From positions 1 to 62,066 of the IMG/VR virus record IMGVR_UViG_3300006204_000004: a stretch of 62,066 bases of DNA; one strand, given 5' to 3'. The number at the start of each line of letters is the position of its first letter. The first letter of the stretch is position 1. The stretch comes from a virus. Its lineage: Duplodnaviria; Heunggongvirae; Uroviricota; Caudoviricetes. Of this stretch, positions 20,223 to 31,030 are shown piece by piece. The position numbers and the translations under genes are program-made. The notes below the pieces were generated by a model. It was not told the DNA's origin. It saw only the letters and a list, made by a program, of their open reading frames with translations, and made no database searches.

Positions 20223-20689
20223 ATTTAAAAGAAAAAATTACAATAGAAAATAATATTGTAAAATATGAAATTAAAGCTCAATACAATGATGAACTAACAT
20301 CTGAAGAAGAATTAGAAATTGAAACCCTTCATGATTACATTAGAAAAATAAGATTTTCAGACATAGATTTCACAGCAAATATAACGCTAGATAATGGGAC
20401 ACCGACAATTACTGACGATAATATTAGCGAAACAGTTGTTGAAATCTCTCTTGGTAAAGTTCCTGAGAAAGAATATATATTAGATGAAAATCTAAATATT
20501 ATATTTTCTATAGATTCAGGACGCGTATCGGATGCAGAAATCAACAATGTACTAAACTCAAAACCACTTGTTTCCCAAGCAAAAATAGCAGTTTTTCAGT
20601 TTAAAATTTTAGAAAAAATCAAAGAACTTTTAGTTGCAGCAAGAAATGAAGATAATGATTTTGAGAAAGAAATAGAAACAATTTTGTAG
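20219..20689 (+). CDS. hypothetical phage protein
   Basis: 156-aa ORF, AAAGGAG RBS. Confidence 0.7.
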   Translation: MNLKEKITIENNIVKYEIKAQYNDELTSEEELEIETLHDYIRKIRFSDIDFTANITLDNGTPTITDDNISETVVEISLGKVPEKEYILDENLNIIFSIDSGRVSDAEINNVLNSKPLVSQAKIAVFQFKILEKIKELLVAARNEDNDFEKEIETIL

Positions 20690-20706
20690 AAAGGAATTCT
20701 TTAAAA

Positions 20707-21009
20707 ATGTATAGTGTATTGATTAATGATAAACGCGATAAAAGCATTTTTCGATTTCTTAAAATCAAAGAAGAAATTATGGAGGAGGTCTCAAAAGAAA
20801 TCGAAGATCCAGATACCCACGAAATAAGAACGTAAACAGAATATAGGGGGACTGGAAAATTCGAGAATCTTATGTATAAAGAAAAAGATAAGGATAAATT
20901 TGAGGAAAAGTGTATTAGTCTTTTAGACACTTACAACCGATCAGAAATTGTTCCAGTATTTTTAGAAGAATATGATGTAGATTTGCTTTGGAATTCCGAT
21001 AACCCATAA
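20707..21009 (+). pseudogene. hypothetical protein with one in-frame TAA
   Basis: MYSVLINDKRDKSIF...THEIRT*TEYRGTGKFEN...WNSDNP*; internal stop at 20833-20835. Confidence 0.65.
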
Positions 21010-21048
21010 ATTAATATTGAGAGTAGTGATAATCTACTCTCCCACTCA

Positions 21049-21122
21049 GTGTCTGTAGCTCAGTTCGGCAGAGCACTCGACTTTTAATCGAGATGTCTTG
21101 GGTTCAAATCCCAACAGACACA
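21049..21122 (+). tRNA. tRNA-Lys (TTT), no encoded CCA
   Basis: Acceptor GTGTCTG/CAGACAC, anticodon arm CTCGA-CTTTTAA-TCGAG, T arm TTGGG-TTCAAAT-CCCAA. Confidence 0.95.
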
Positions 21123-21562
21123 TTAATAGAGGTATAGCTTTAGGTATCTATAGCACATGAAAACCCATAATTATAGAAAATGACAATCTAATTGTCGGAG
21201 TAATTAAATAGTATATGTTCTGGTATACGTTATTAGATATTTTTTAAGATATAAATAATAAAAATATATACTTCATTGGAAAATTTAATAAGATTTTTTT
21301 TGAAAGAGTCATGTGAACTATCATGACTCTGTTTTGTGTTGTTTAAAAAAATGAAAATAGAATAAGTATTTATACATCGTTGTTTGATGTGGGATAGTTA
21401 CGTCCCTAAAGAAGTTTTCATTTATCATATGATTTTTCTTTCAGGAATAGTTGTTGCCGCAACTATTCCACATCAGATAACGATCACAAACGTTATCGGC
21501 AAATAACGTAAAACAAATATTTTTAGTGTTTCGCTGTTATAAAGCGAAGAAAGGAAAAATTT

Positions 21563-22339
21563 ATGACAAATGAACTTGAGATTTTTAAGAATGAAGAATT
21601 TGGAGAAGTAAAAACATTATTAATTAATGATGTACCTTATTTTTGTGCTAATGATATTGCAAAGGCTCTCGGATATAAACGTGCTGCTGATGCTGTATCT
21701 ACGCATTGCAAGGGGTCGGTGAAACACCGATACCTTACAAATGGTGGTGAACAAGAGGCTAAATTTATTCCAGAAGGAGATGTTTATAGACTTATTATGA
21801 AGTCTAAACTTCCATCTGCTGAAAAATTTGAATCTTGGGTTGTTGAAGAAGTTTTACCTTCAATCCGTAAACATGGTGCTTACATGACCAATGAGGTTAT
21901 TGAGCGTACACTAACCGATCCTGACTATCTCATTCAACTGGCAACAGCTTTAAAAAATGAGCGAAAAGAAAAAGAGTTAGAAAAGCAAAGACGAAAACAA
22001 GCAGAAAAAACAATTGAAGAACAAAAACCTCTTGTAGATTTTGCAAATCAGGTTTCAGATACAACAGATTTGATTGATATGAAAACTATGGCAAAGTTAT
22101 TAAAAGATAATAATATCAATATTGGCAGGAACCGTCTATTTGAATTTCTTAGGATTAAGAAAATTCTTATGAAAGACAATCAGCCTTATCAGCAATATGT
22201 TAATGCAGGATATTTCAAAGTCAATGAATATACATACACTAATTCGCTCGGGAAAACTAAAACAAATAGGCAGACATTTATTACCGGAAAAGGACAGTTG
22301 TATATAACAAAGAAAGTAAAAGAATTTTGGGCAGCTTAA
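21563..22339 (+). CDS. BRO-N / ANT (KilA-C) phage antirepressor
   Basis: IFKNEEFGEV...IPEGDVYRLIMKSKLPSAEKFESWVVEEVLPSIRKHGAY; C-terminal IGRNRLFEFLR...TGKGQLYI. Confidence 0.92.
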   Translation: MTNELEIFKNEEFGEVKTLLINDVPYFCANDIAKALGYKRAADAVSTHCKGSVKHRYLTNGGEQEAKFIPEGDVYRLIMKSKLPSAEKFESWVVEEVLPSIRKHGAYMTNEVIERTLTDPDYLIQLATALKNERKEKELEKQRRKQAEKTIEEQKPLVDFANQVSDTTDLIDMKTMAKLLKDNNINIGRNRLFEFLRIKKILMKDNQPYQQYVNAGYFKVNEYTYTNSLGKTKTNRQTFITGKGQLYITKKVKEFWAA

Positions 22340-22702
22340 TTACTGCCAACCTCCTACTCTACTCTTTCCTAAAAAGAACTATTTTTTTGTAAATTTAATA
22401 AGATTTATGAGAGTCATGTGAAATATCATGACTCTTTTTGTATTGTTTTTTGTTATTTCATACAGGGTGATTATTACCCTATTTCTTATGCAAATTTAGT
22501 TTCATAAGATTACTCCGTTCTGGAGTGACTGTTGCAGCGGTCACTCTGTATGATATAACAAAGCGTTATCTGTAAGTAAGACAGAGAAAACTTGGGAAAG
22601 TGAGAATAGTCCCTAACTCATATTACAGTGAATTTGACATATGGTGAGATGCGTATGTGACAGTGAGGCAGAATCAAAGGTGAAACGCTTTGAAAAAATA
22701 AT

Positions 22703-23560
22703 ATGAGGTACATAATGATACAAAAATTTAACAAAAAAGAATTACAAAGACTTGGATGTACAGATGAAGAAATTAATTTAGTAATGACTTACCAAAGAAA
22801 ATTTCCTATTTTGCTAGACAATGAGGACAATATTGAAAAATTTTGTATTGACGCTAGACAATTATGGAATGAATTAGATTGTCCACAAGGACAATTTAAT
22901 AAATGGGTTGAGAGAAAATTTAAGCCATATGGATTTGTTGAAAATACTGATTTTATCATGGTTGGACAAAATTGTCCAATCAAGCATTTTGCTCAAGGTG
23001 GTGATACAAGAAGCGTTAATTATTCTCTCACCATAGATATGTCAAAACAACTTGCTATGATAGATAAAAAAGAATCTGGTTTTATAGCAAGAAGATATTT
23101 TATTCTTATGGAGCGAATTGTAAAAGATAATAAAGATTGGTTGGATACAAGAAATCCAGAAAGAAAAGAATATAATAATATGTGCAAAATGTTATCTAAT
23201 AATATTTATAAGCATAATGCTAGACTTGCTGACAAATTTGATTATTCTCGTGAAGCAAATATTTTAAATATTATTGCAACGGGTTCTGAAGCTCAATCCA
23301 TTCGTAATTATTTTGGTATAAATAATAATAATGAATTAACTCGTGATAGTCTGGAAAAAGAATATAATGAAAAATTGGCATTTTTGCAGAAACAGAATAT
23401 GATTTATCTTGGACTTGATATGCCTATTACTGAACGTGTCAAGATGTTAATTGCTTCATTCGATGTAATTTATCCTACAGCATCTCCTGTTCTTCCTTGG
23501 TTATCAAGAGACGATATGTTAAGAGTAAGAGAAGAATTAATTAAACGATTAAGTTATTAA
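22703..23560 (+). CDS. AntA/AntB-type antirepressor
   Basis: IDARQLWNEL...FNKWVERK...FVENTDF...YSLTIDMSKQLAM...ARRYFILME. Confidence 0.88.
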   Translation: MRYIMIQKFNKKELQRLGCTDEEINLVMTYQRKFPILLDNEDNIEKFCIDARQLWNELDCPQGQFNKWVERKFKPYGFVENTDFIMVGQNCPIKHFAQGGDTRSVNYSLTIDMSKQLAMIDKKESGFIARRYFILMERIVKDNKDWLDTRNPERKEYNNMCKMLSNNIYKHNARLADKFDYSREANILNIIATGSEAQSIRNYFGINNNNELTRDSLEKEYNEKLAFLQKQNMIYLGLDMPITERVKMLIASFDVIYPTASPVLPWLSRDDMLRVREELIKRLSY

Positions 23561-23607
23561 AAGGGCAGTTTAACCACTGCCCTACTCCTTTCCTTTGAAG
23601 AATTGTT

Positions 23608-24477
23608 TTATGGTGTATTCATTTCCATAAATTCTAAAACAGCTTTAGCAGATATTTCCCAATTAGGGTCTAACATCATGTCATGGCATAACCCATTTAA
23701 TATTTTAAGTTGTTTTTTCGTTTTATCTTTAGAACAGCCATAAGCATCTGCTGTTTTTTCTAACGATTTTACTCCGAAATAATCATCGTTTTCAGAACCG
23801 ATGACTAAAAGTGGAATATCTATATTGTAATTATTTGTATATGGTTTACCTAGATCTTTAATAGCTTTTTTAGATTCATTTTGTAATTTTTGGTTATAAA
23901 GTGTAATTTCTTCCATAGGTATACGATTACTAAAAAATGCAGATCTTTTCATAATTTCATCAGTAACAGGTCTATTATCATTTATGAATTTTAATATTTT
24001 AAAACCATCTTTCAATCCATTTTTAAAAATAGGTCTTATTTGTTCAAGAATACTCATTCCTCCAGCAGTAGCAGGTGCAAATAATATAGCTCCTCTTATT
24101 GTATTAGATAATTCTCCAATATATTTTTGTACAACAGCACCTCCCATAGAGTGTCCGAGTAAAAATGGTGTTGAACTCATTGATTCTTTTTCTTTACAAT
24201 AACTAATACATTTTTTTATATCATTTGAATAATCAGATAAATTGTAATTATTTATATTATTATATCCTTCACTTTTACCATGTCCACGAAGACTCAAAGC
24301 ATAACAGTTATATCCATTATCAGAAAAATAATTTATAAATTTTTCAAAACACCATGCACCATGACATATTCCATGAACGCATAAAATACTTCCTTTATAT
24401 GATTTTTGCGTTTCACTACATAGAACCTCTAATTTTTGTGTTCCTGGAACGAAAATTTCTTTAATTTTGTTAGTCAT
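23608..24477 (-). CDS. alpha/beta hydrolase (moron)
   Basis: CVHGICHGAWCF, SLRGHGKS, nucleophile elbow GHSMGG, GSENDD, LCHDMM; opposite strand to the module. Confidence 0.9.
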   Translation of the reverse strand: MTNKIKEIFVPGTQKLEVLCSETQKSYKGSILCVHGICHGAWCFEKFINYFSDNGYNCYALSLRGHGKSEGYNNINNYNLSDYSNDIKKCISYCKEKESMSSTPFLLGHSMGGAVVQKYIGELSNTIRGAILFAPATAGGMSILEQIRPIFKNGLKDGFKILKFINDNRPVTDEIMKRSAFFSNRIPMEEITLYNQKLQNESKKAIKDLGKPYTNNYNIDIPLLVIGSENDDYFGVKSLEKTADAYGCSKDKTKKQLKILNGLCHDMMLDPNWEISAKAVLEFMEMNTP

Positions 24478-25021
24478 TTTATCATAGTCTCCTTTCTACA
24501 TTTGTAAATATCTTTATTTATATCGGATATTATTTTATAAAATAAATACTATAAATAGCAATCTGAAAATATTTTAGATTTGTTTATACTTTATTTATAT
24601 TTTATTCACCTATTTATTATAGTTATTATTAATAATTCGGATGAGCTTTTATATACCAAAATATAATACGCTGATTGAAAATCAAGGAGAATTCCACGAT
24701 AATTCTGGCGAAGCATTTTCTCTACAAGATAATAAACACTATGAAATTCAAAAAATGCATGGCATATATAAAAAGAGTATGCAATTAAAAATAATTTAAA
24801 ATATTCATAAATTTGGTATTATGATTTTGATAATATGGAAAAAATTTTATTAAAATATTTTAACATAAATGATTTGCTAAAAAGTGATGAAAATAAATTA
24901 TTCAATATCATATATAATTTAGATGAAACCACATTTAACAAATTCATTTATATTCTAAATAATTTTAAATACTTCGACTATTTAGAAAGCACTACTTCTT
25001 CGGAAGTTAGCGCTTAATTCA

Positions 25022-25999
25022 TTGAAAAAGGTGGTGGCAGTTATAGCTGCAAGAAAAGAAGTTAAAAAGAAAAAATGTCCTATTTGTGGCGAAAGCAAAT
25101 CTATCGCCACTGGTTTTTATAAATCATCTAGTCCTTTGTTTTCATTGGATAAATGTGTTCCTATTTGTATATCATGCGTAAAAAAAGAAGTTGTTAATGA
25201 GGATGGTACCGTTAATGAAAACAAATTGAAAACAATATGTCAAAGACTGGATAAACCATTTTACTCTGATGAATTAGATTCGGCTTTTTTACAAACAAAA
25301 TCTGAACATGGATATTTATCTGATAATGAAGTCGCTAAGAATGGAAATAAAATTGTTGGATATTATTTTAAGAATATCAATACGTTGCGTCAAAATAAAG
25401 ATCGTAATTTTGCAGATTCAGAAAAAGATGGTTTTATACATAAGACATATAACGTTAATGCCAAGCAAAAAAAAGAAACTATTGCTAATAGATATAACAA
25501 TGTAATAGAAAATAAGCCTATTACACAAAAAATAACTTCTAACACTGATTCTATTAATAAAACAGATAAAATTGAAGAAGAACTTATCTATGATGACAAG
25601 TGGATGGGAAAATATATTAAAAAAGATATAAATTATTTAAACAATTATTATGCAGGACTGGAAAGAGATTATAGAATCATTACAGAAAATCACCGTGACT
25701 ATGCCCGTAAAATTGCAAAAGCAAGTCTTCAGATGGATAAAGCGTTTGATGAAATGATAAATGGAATTGAGGGTGCTGATGCAAAATATAAAAATGCCAG
25801 GGAAGCATTTGATACACTTTCAAAATCTGCAAAATTCAGTGAAAGTACAAGAAGTGTAAATGATGTAGGTATAAGTAGTTTTTCTAAAGTTGCTGCTATG
25901 GTAGAAGCCCATAACTGGATTCCAGAACATAAACCATTAAAAAAAGACACGATTGATGAAATGATAGATTATTTAAGTACTATCACAAAGTCATTATAA
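25022..25999 (+). CDS. zinc-finger protein, probable terminase small subunit
   Basis: CPICGE...CVPICISC; directly upstream of the terminase large subunit; true start may be ATA 25043. Confidence 0.55.
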   Translation: MKKVVAVIAARKEVKKKKCPICGESKSIATGFYKSSSPLFSLDKCVPICISCVKKEVVNEDGTVNENKLKTICQRLDKPFYSDELDSAFLQTKSEHGYLSDNEVAKNGNKIVGYYFKNINTLRQNKDRNFADSEKDGFIHKTYNVNAKQKKETIANRYNNVIENKPITQKITSNTDSINKTDKIEEELIYDDKWMGKYIKKDINYLNNYYAGLERDYRIITENHRDYARKIAKASLQMDKAFDEMINGIEGADAKYKNAREAFDTLSKSAKFSESTRSVNDVGISSFSKVAAMVEAHNWIPEHKPLKKDTIDEMIDYLSTITKSL

Positions 26000-26009
26000 T
26001 GGTGTTTAA

Positions 26010-26895
26010 ATGGACAAATATGAGAAGCAACAAGAAATAGAAAAACAATTATATGATAAAAATCACTCAGAAGATTTTGATTCTACATATTCTAATGATC
26101 CAATTAATGAAGTTTCTATAGACTATGAGGCATGGACAGAATTCTTTTCATATTATAGATATTATATTGATGAATTTGCAATGGACATTCTCCACGTAGA
26201 TTTATTTCCTTTTCAGAGAGTAATATTACGTGCAATGGCACGCGGACAATATACGATTTTAATTGCGTGTAGGGGCTTGGGCAAAAGTTGGATTGTTGGC
26301 TTATTTTATATATGTATTTCAATATTATATCAAAATGCAAAATGCGGAATCGCAAGCGGCAACTCACAACAGGCTCGAAATGTAATTATCCAGAAAATAA
26401 AAGGTGAACTTTCAAAAAACGAGACAATTGCAAGAGAAATTAATTTTCCTATCAGAACGGGGACTGATGATTGTTATTGTGAATTTAAAAATGGTTCTGA
26501 GATTCGCGCAATTACGCTTGCACAGGATCGTGGTGGAGATTCCGCTAGATCGTGGCGCTTTAATTACTTACTTGTTGATGAAGCAAGGCTTGTAAAAGAT
26601 GATATTGTAGAAACAATTTTAATTCCCATGACAAAAACAAAACGTCAAAATGCTTTAAAATGGAAGAAAAATGAAAAAGGTAAAGTAATATTTATTTCTT
26701 CTGCTTATTTAAAAACAAGCGGATTATATAGACGTTTCAAATTCCATTTTGAACAAATGACATCTGGAAACAAAAATTATATCGCCATGTGTTTTCCATA
26801 TCAAGTTGGTATTCAAGCTGGACTTTTTGATGCAGATGATATTGAGCAGGAACGCGCAAAACCTACAATGACTACAGATAAGTTTAGTTATGAGT
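26010..26895 (+). CDS. terminase large subunit, exon 1 (ATPase)
   Basis: Walker A IACRGLGKS, Walker B YLLVDEARL, FISSA; joins 28143 to give KFSYE-Y-EGIFVG (583 aa total). Confidence 0.92.
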
Positions 26896-28142
26896 AAATC
26901 CAAAAGGATTCATGCTCCTTATATAAGAAATTATATAATGAAAATTCGGCAAACACTTAGGGTATTTATATACATTCTGATCAAAAAATGAGGTGAAAAT
27001 AATAAAAACTAAATGGTCAGATAATGAAATACAAATTCTAATAAATAATTATAATAAAATAGAGATGGATGAATTAAGTATTCTATTAAACAGAAGTATT
27101 GATTCAATCCAGTCTAAAGCTAAGAGACTTAATCTTTGTAAAAAATCAAGTCTACCTTGGAAACCAGATGAAGTAGAATATTTAAAAAGAAATTATGAAT
27201 ACGAAGATATTGATAGAATTATGTCTGTATTACATAGAAATTATAATTCTATCATCATAAAAGCAAATAGATTAGGTTTAAAGAAAATTGAGAGAAATAA
27301 TAAAAATATGTCAACTTATACTGTCAATGAAGATTATTTTAAAAATATCAATACTCCAAATAAGGCTTATTATTTAGGCTGGGCTGTAACAGATGGAAAT
27401 ATTGTATATGGAAAAAGTAATCAATATAGACTTAGACTAAATAGTATAGATAAAAATATTTTAGAAAAATTCAAAGTGGATACAATGTCTACCAGCAAAA
27501 TTTATTATAGAAATAATTATGCAGAAATAAATATCTGTAACAGAAATTTTGTAAAGAATTTATTTTTATATGATTTTTCAAATAATAAAACTCAAACCAT
27601 TAAATTTCCCAAAATAGATGAAATTTTTTACCTAGATTTTATTAAATGTTGCTTTGATGGAGATGGTTCTTATGTATGTACTGGTAAAACAAAAAAAGTA
27701 TCCTTCGTTAGTGCAAGTAATTGTTTTATAGAAGAAATGATAAGAATTTTAAATAAATATGGTATCAGATGCTATCTTTCTAAGCGAAATACATATTCTA
27801 CTTTTGAAATTAGTAAAAAAGAATCTTTAAAAATATTTTTAAATCTAATGTTAAATACTCAATCGGATTTTCTTGACAGAAAAAATCTAAAATGGAAAAA
27901 TTATTAGAATGTATATAAATGCTAACGGTAAAATCCTCCTTTCATATGGGACAATACCGTGCTAATCTGATAAATTGCGAAAGGTTATCAGATAGTGTAG
28001 AGCGTAGATGGTGAATAAATATAATCCGTCCAAGAGTGTCGAACACCCAAACGTAAAGTCGTGGGTGATGATGTACGCCGAGCTTACATAATGGTAAAAT
28101 GTAAGAACTATAGGATAAAAAACCTATAGGATAACAAAACTG
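26896..28142 (+). mobile_element. group I intron (1247 nt) in the terminase gene
   Basis: P1 GAGU/GCUC with U-G pair; P10 AUGA/UCAU; P3 UUCGGC/GUCGAA; P7 G(A)GCGUA/UACGCC; terminal G; splicing restores the frame. Confidence 0.93.
26993..27907 (+). CDS. intron-encoded LAGLIDADG homing endonuclease with N-terminal Myb-like repeats
   Basis: YYLGWAVTDGNI and FIKCCFDGDGS; two W..E...L..NY...A.RL repeats. Confidence 0.88.
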   Translation: MKIIKTKWSDNEIQILINNYNKIEMDELSILLNRSIDSIQSKAKRLNLCKKSSLPWKPDEVEYLKRNYEYEDIDRIMSVLHRNYNSIIIKANRLGLKKIERNNKNMSTYTVNEDYFKNINTPNKAYYLGWAVTDGNIVYGKSNQYRLRLNSIDKNILEKFKVDTMSTSKIYYRNNYAEINICNRNFVKNLFLYDFSNNKTQTIKFPKIDEIFYLDFIKCCFDGDGSYVCTGKTKKVSFVSASNCFIEEMIRILNKYGIRCYLSKRNTYSTFEISKKESLKIFLNLMLNTQSDFLDRKNLKWKNY

Positions 28143-29008
28143 ATGAGGGCATATTCGTTGGTTCCAGTGGAGAAAGTTATTATCCTTATGAACTAACAAT
28201 GCCTTGTCGAGTTCTTGAAAATTGTGAATTAGAACAACCAAAGAAATCTGATTCTATATATGTTATCACTCACGATGTTGCTGTATCAAATGCAAAAAAC
28301 TCAGATAATGCATGTACACATGTACTTAAACTAAAATTACGTCCAAATGGAACATATACCAAATCTGTAGTATATACAAAAGTTGTAAATGGTCTACCTC
28401 TTGAAAAGCAACGAGATAATCTTAGAGAATTGATTCATCTAAAATTTCCAAATTGTAAAAAACTTGTTATTGATGAGCGTGGTTCTGGTAATGGACTTCC
28501 GCGCATGTTTTATGAATCATGGGAGTATACAGATCATAAAACAAAAGTAACCGTCGAATATCCACCTCTAATAAAAGATAATGATGAAGAAGGATTTTTA
28601 TTAGATAACGCAATTCCTATGATACGTGCTATAAATGCAACAAATGAGTTCAATGTTACTTATTATCCATATATGAAATCATGTTTTGAAGACAGAACAC
28701 TTCAATTACTGGCAACCTCAGATGAAGTTGATGTAAAATACAAATCTGGAGAAATTACACCAGAAGAATATGCACAATTTATAGAACATGATACATTACA
28801 AAGCGAGTTAAGTAATATAAAACAAGAATATTCTGAATCTGGTAATCTACAATATAATCGCATTGTAAAATCCAAAAAAAGAGATAGAGCTACATCTTTA
28901 TTTTATGGTTTATCAGTAATTGCAGAATGGGAATTAGAAAATAAACAAACTCTGTATAGAAGCAAAAATGTTGGATATGACTTATTATCAGAATACACAT
29001 ACCTATAA
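28143..29008 (+). CDS. terminase large subunit, exon 2 (nuclease)
   Basis: YVITHDVA, LVIDERGSGNG, KKRDRATS; in frame with exon 1 after splicing. Confidence 0.9.
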
Positions 29009-29122
29009 CCTATCTATAATCTACACATTTCATTCCAGATCAATTTCACCATCCAACACACCCTCTCTATTTCCATTCCTGCACATCAAATCTAAACAAA
29101 GAAAAGGAGTGACTAACTATCA

Positions 29123-30841
29123 TTGAATAAGCGACAACCTTCAAAACAAAATAACAATTCAAAAACTAATATTAATTACAGTACAAGACAAAAACATCAC
29201 TCCAATTCATATAAAAAGAAAAATATAAATAATAACAGTGATAATACAACCGCATCGCATCCTTCCAATACCCAACAGCTTGTTAGAGAAAATTTATCCT
29301 ATTGCACAGAGTTCCTTAAAGCATATAACACACAGTCTTATTCTGGTCAAAATTATATGCTGTCTCCACATTTACTTAACTCAACATTAAAAAGTCTAAA
29401 TATGGACGGTTATGATTTTTCTACTGAACAAATTCGAAAAATGGTTATGTCACCGCATCATTTTGAACAAGAACTGCGAAAATTATCATTCTTCTATTAT
29501 AATGCTATATCCATCTACAAAAGAACTATTGAATATAAATCAATTGTTCTTGATTTTGACTGGGAACCTATACCCTATTTGCAAGATGGAAAACAAATCT
29601 CGCAATCAGATATAAAATCTAATGCATTTAAACGAGATTATGCTGAAATGTCTAAATTTTTCAATAGTTTTGATGTAAAGCAAGAATTTAGTAAAGTATT
29701 ATTTAATATACTTTTGTATGATACTTATTTCACGTCGACCAGAAGTTATGATGGACATATATATTTGCAAGAACTTCCTTCTACACATTGTATAATAGAT
29801 GCCAATTCCTATTTGGGATATCTTTTTTCTTTCGATTTGTCCTATTTTATGAACTCTGGTGTAGATATTAATGCATATTCCTATTCTCTTCGAAAAAAAT
29901 ATAGTGAAGTATTGCGACTAAAACAAAATACTTTTAATTCAAATCTTCCGCAAAGAAACGGTTCTTGGGTGTATTGGCTTGAAATGCTTCCAGATGACGC
30001 ATGGGTTTTTAAGTTTAATAATAACTTTGCTGGTTCTGTACCTCCGCTTTTAGATATGTTAATTGATTACAGTAAAATTGATAAATTTAAAGAATTAGAG
30101 GATATAAAAAAACAATTGGAAGCATACAAAGTAATATTTGCTACCGTTCCAAGGCTCACAAATAATAGATCTGGAAATAAAACAGATGATTTTGCTATAA
30201 GTAGTACGGAACTTGGCAAATTTGTAGCTGCTGTAAAGCAGACTTTAGGAACTGGAGTAGATTTTAAAGCAGCTCCATTGGAAGATTTTAAAGCATTTGA
30301 TTTTTCTCCCTCTTCATCTGAGGATAATCTTTTAGAAACTGAATTAAATAATATGTTAAAACAATCTGCTACATCTGATGCAATTCTGACTGGTGGGTCT
30401 AGTGTGTCGTCTAATAACATTTATAAGCTGGTAACTTCTGAAATTGTTAAAAGTGTTTATCCGCAATTTGAAAATTACTGTGAATATCAGATAAATAGAA
30501 GAACTAAAAAATATAAATTTAAAATAAAATTTGTTGGCACTATTTTTGACAGAGAGGATCGCCGTAAAGCTGCAAATGAAGATATGGAGCGTGGTATTAT
30601 AACCCCAGCTATATTTTCTTCTCGTGGAATACAGATGACAGATGCTTCAAATACATTAAATATGATGTATGGATTACAATTTCCAGAAATATTTAAACCT
30701 GTTCAGATGTCTTCAACAATGTCTAATGAAGATAAATCATCTTCTGGAAGATCTAAACTTAGTGATAGTGAGCTGTCTGATAGCGGTGAGCAGACAAGAA
30801 ATATTGGTGCTAATGAAAATAGAGAAAAGGATAATTCTTAA
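29123..30841 (+). CDS. portal protein
   Basis: 572 aa directly after terminase; size and synteny (SPbeta YonE position). Confidence 0.75.
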   Translation: MNKRQPSKQNNNSKTNINYSTRQKHHSNSYKKKNINNNSDNTTASHPSNTQQLVRENLSYCTEFLKAYNTQSYSGQNYMLSPHLLNSTLKSLNMDGYDFSTEQIRKMVMSPHHFEQELRKLSFFYYNAISIYKRTIEYKSIVLDFDWEPIPYLQDGKQISQSDIKSNAFKRDYAEMSKFFNSFDVKQEFSKVLFNILLYDTYFTSTRSYDGHIYLQELPSTHCIIDANSYLGYLFSFDLSYFMNSGVDINAYSYSLRKKYSEVLRLKQNTFNSNLPQRNGSWVYWLEMLPDDAWVFKFNNNFAGSVPPLLDMLIDYSKIDKFKELEDIKKQLEAYKVIFATVPRLTNNRSGNKTDDFAISSTELGKFVAAVKQTLGTGVDFKAAPLEDFKAFDFSPSSSEDNLLETELNNMLKQSATSDAILTGGSSVSSNNIYKLVTSEIVKSVYPQFENYCEYQINRRTKKYKFKIKFVGTIFDREDRRKAANEDMERGIITPAIFSSRGIQMTDASNTLNMMYGLQFPEIFKPVQMSSTMSNEDKSSSGRSKLSDSELSDSGEQTRNIGANENREKDNS

Positions 30842-31030
30842 ATGTTTGTAAAAAATTTTAATTCAATAAAAAGAGATACTATATCTGTTAATGAATATCA
30901 GAAAAAATATTTAATGGATAATGGATACTACCCTATTTCTAAGGATGGGAAAGGATGGGTATATTTGGCAAATAGAACCATTTTAGATTTAATGAAAAAA
31001 TGTAAAGGTGGTGAAACCTTGTTTGGATAA
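30842..31030 (+). CDS. small head-module protein
   Basis: 62-aa ORF coupled between portal and protease. Confidence 0.55.
   Translation: MFVKNFNSIKRDTISVNEYQKKYLMDNGYYPISKDGKGWVYLANRTILDLMKKCKGGETLFG

Noticed and set aside
9154-20835. Stop-codon reassignment
   Set aside because: Only two isolated TAA read-throughs, while TAA ends most genes normally
24835-25017. 60-aa ORF before the terminase small subunit
   Set aside because: No clear RBS and low-complexity AT-rich sequence
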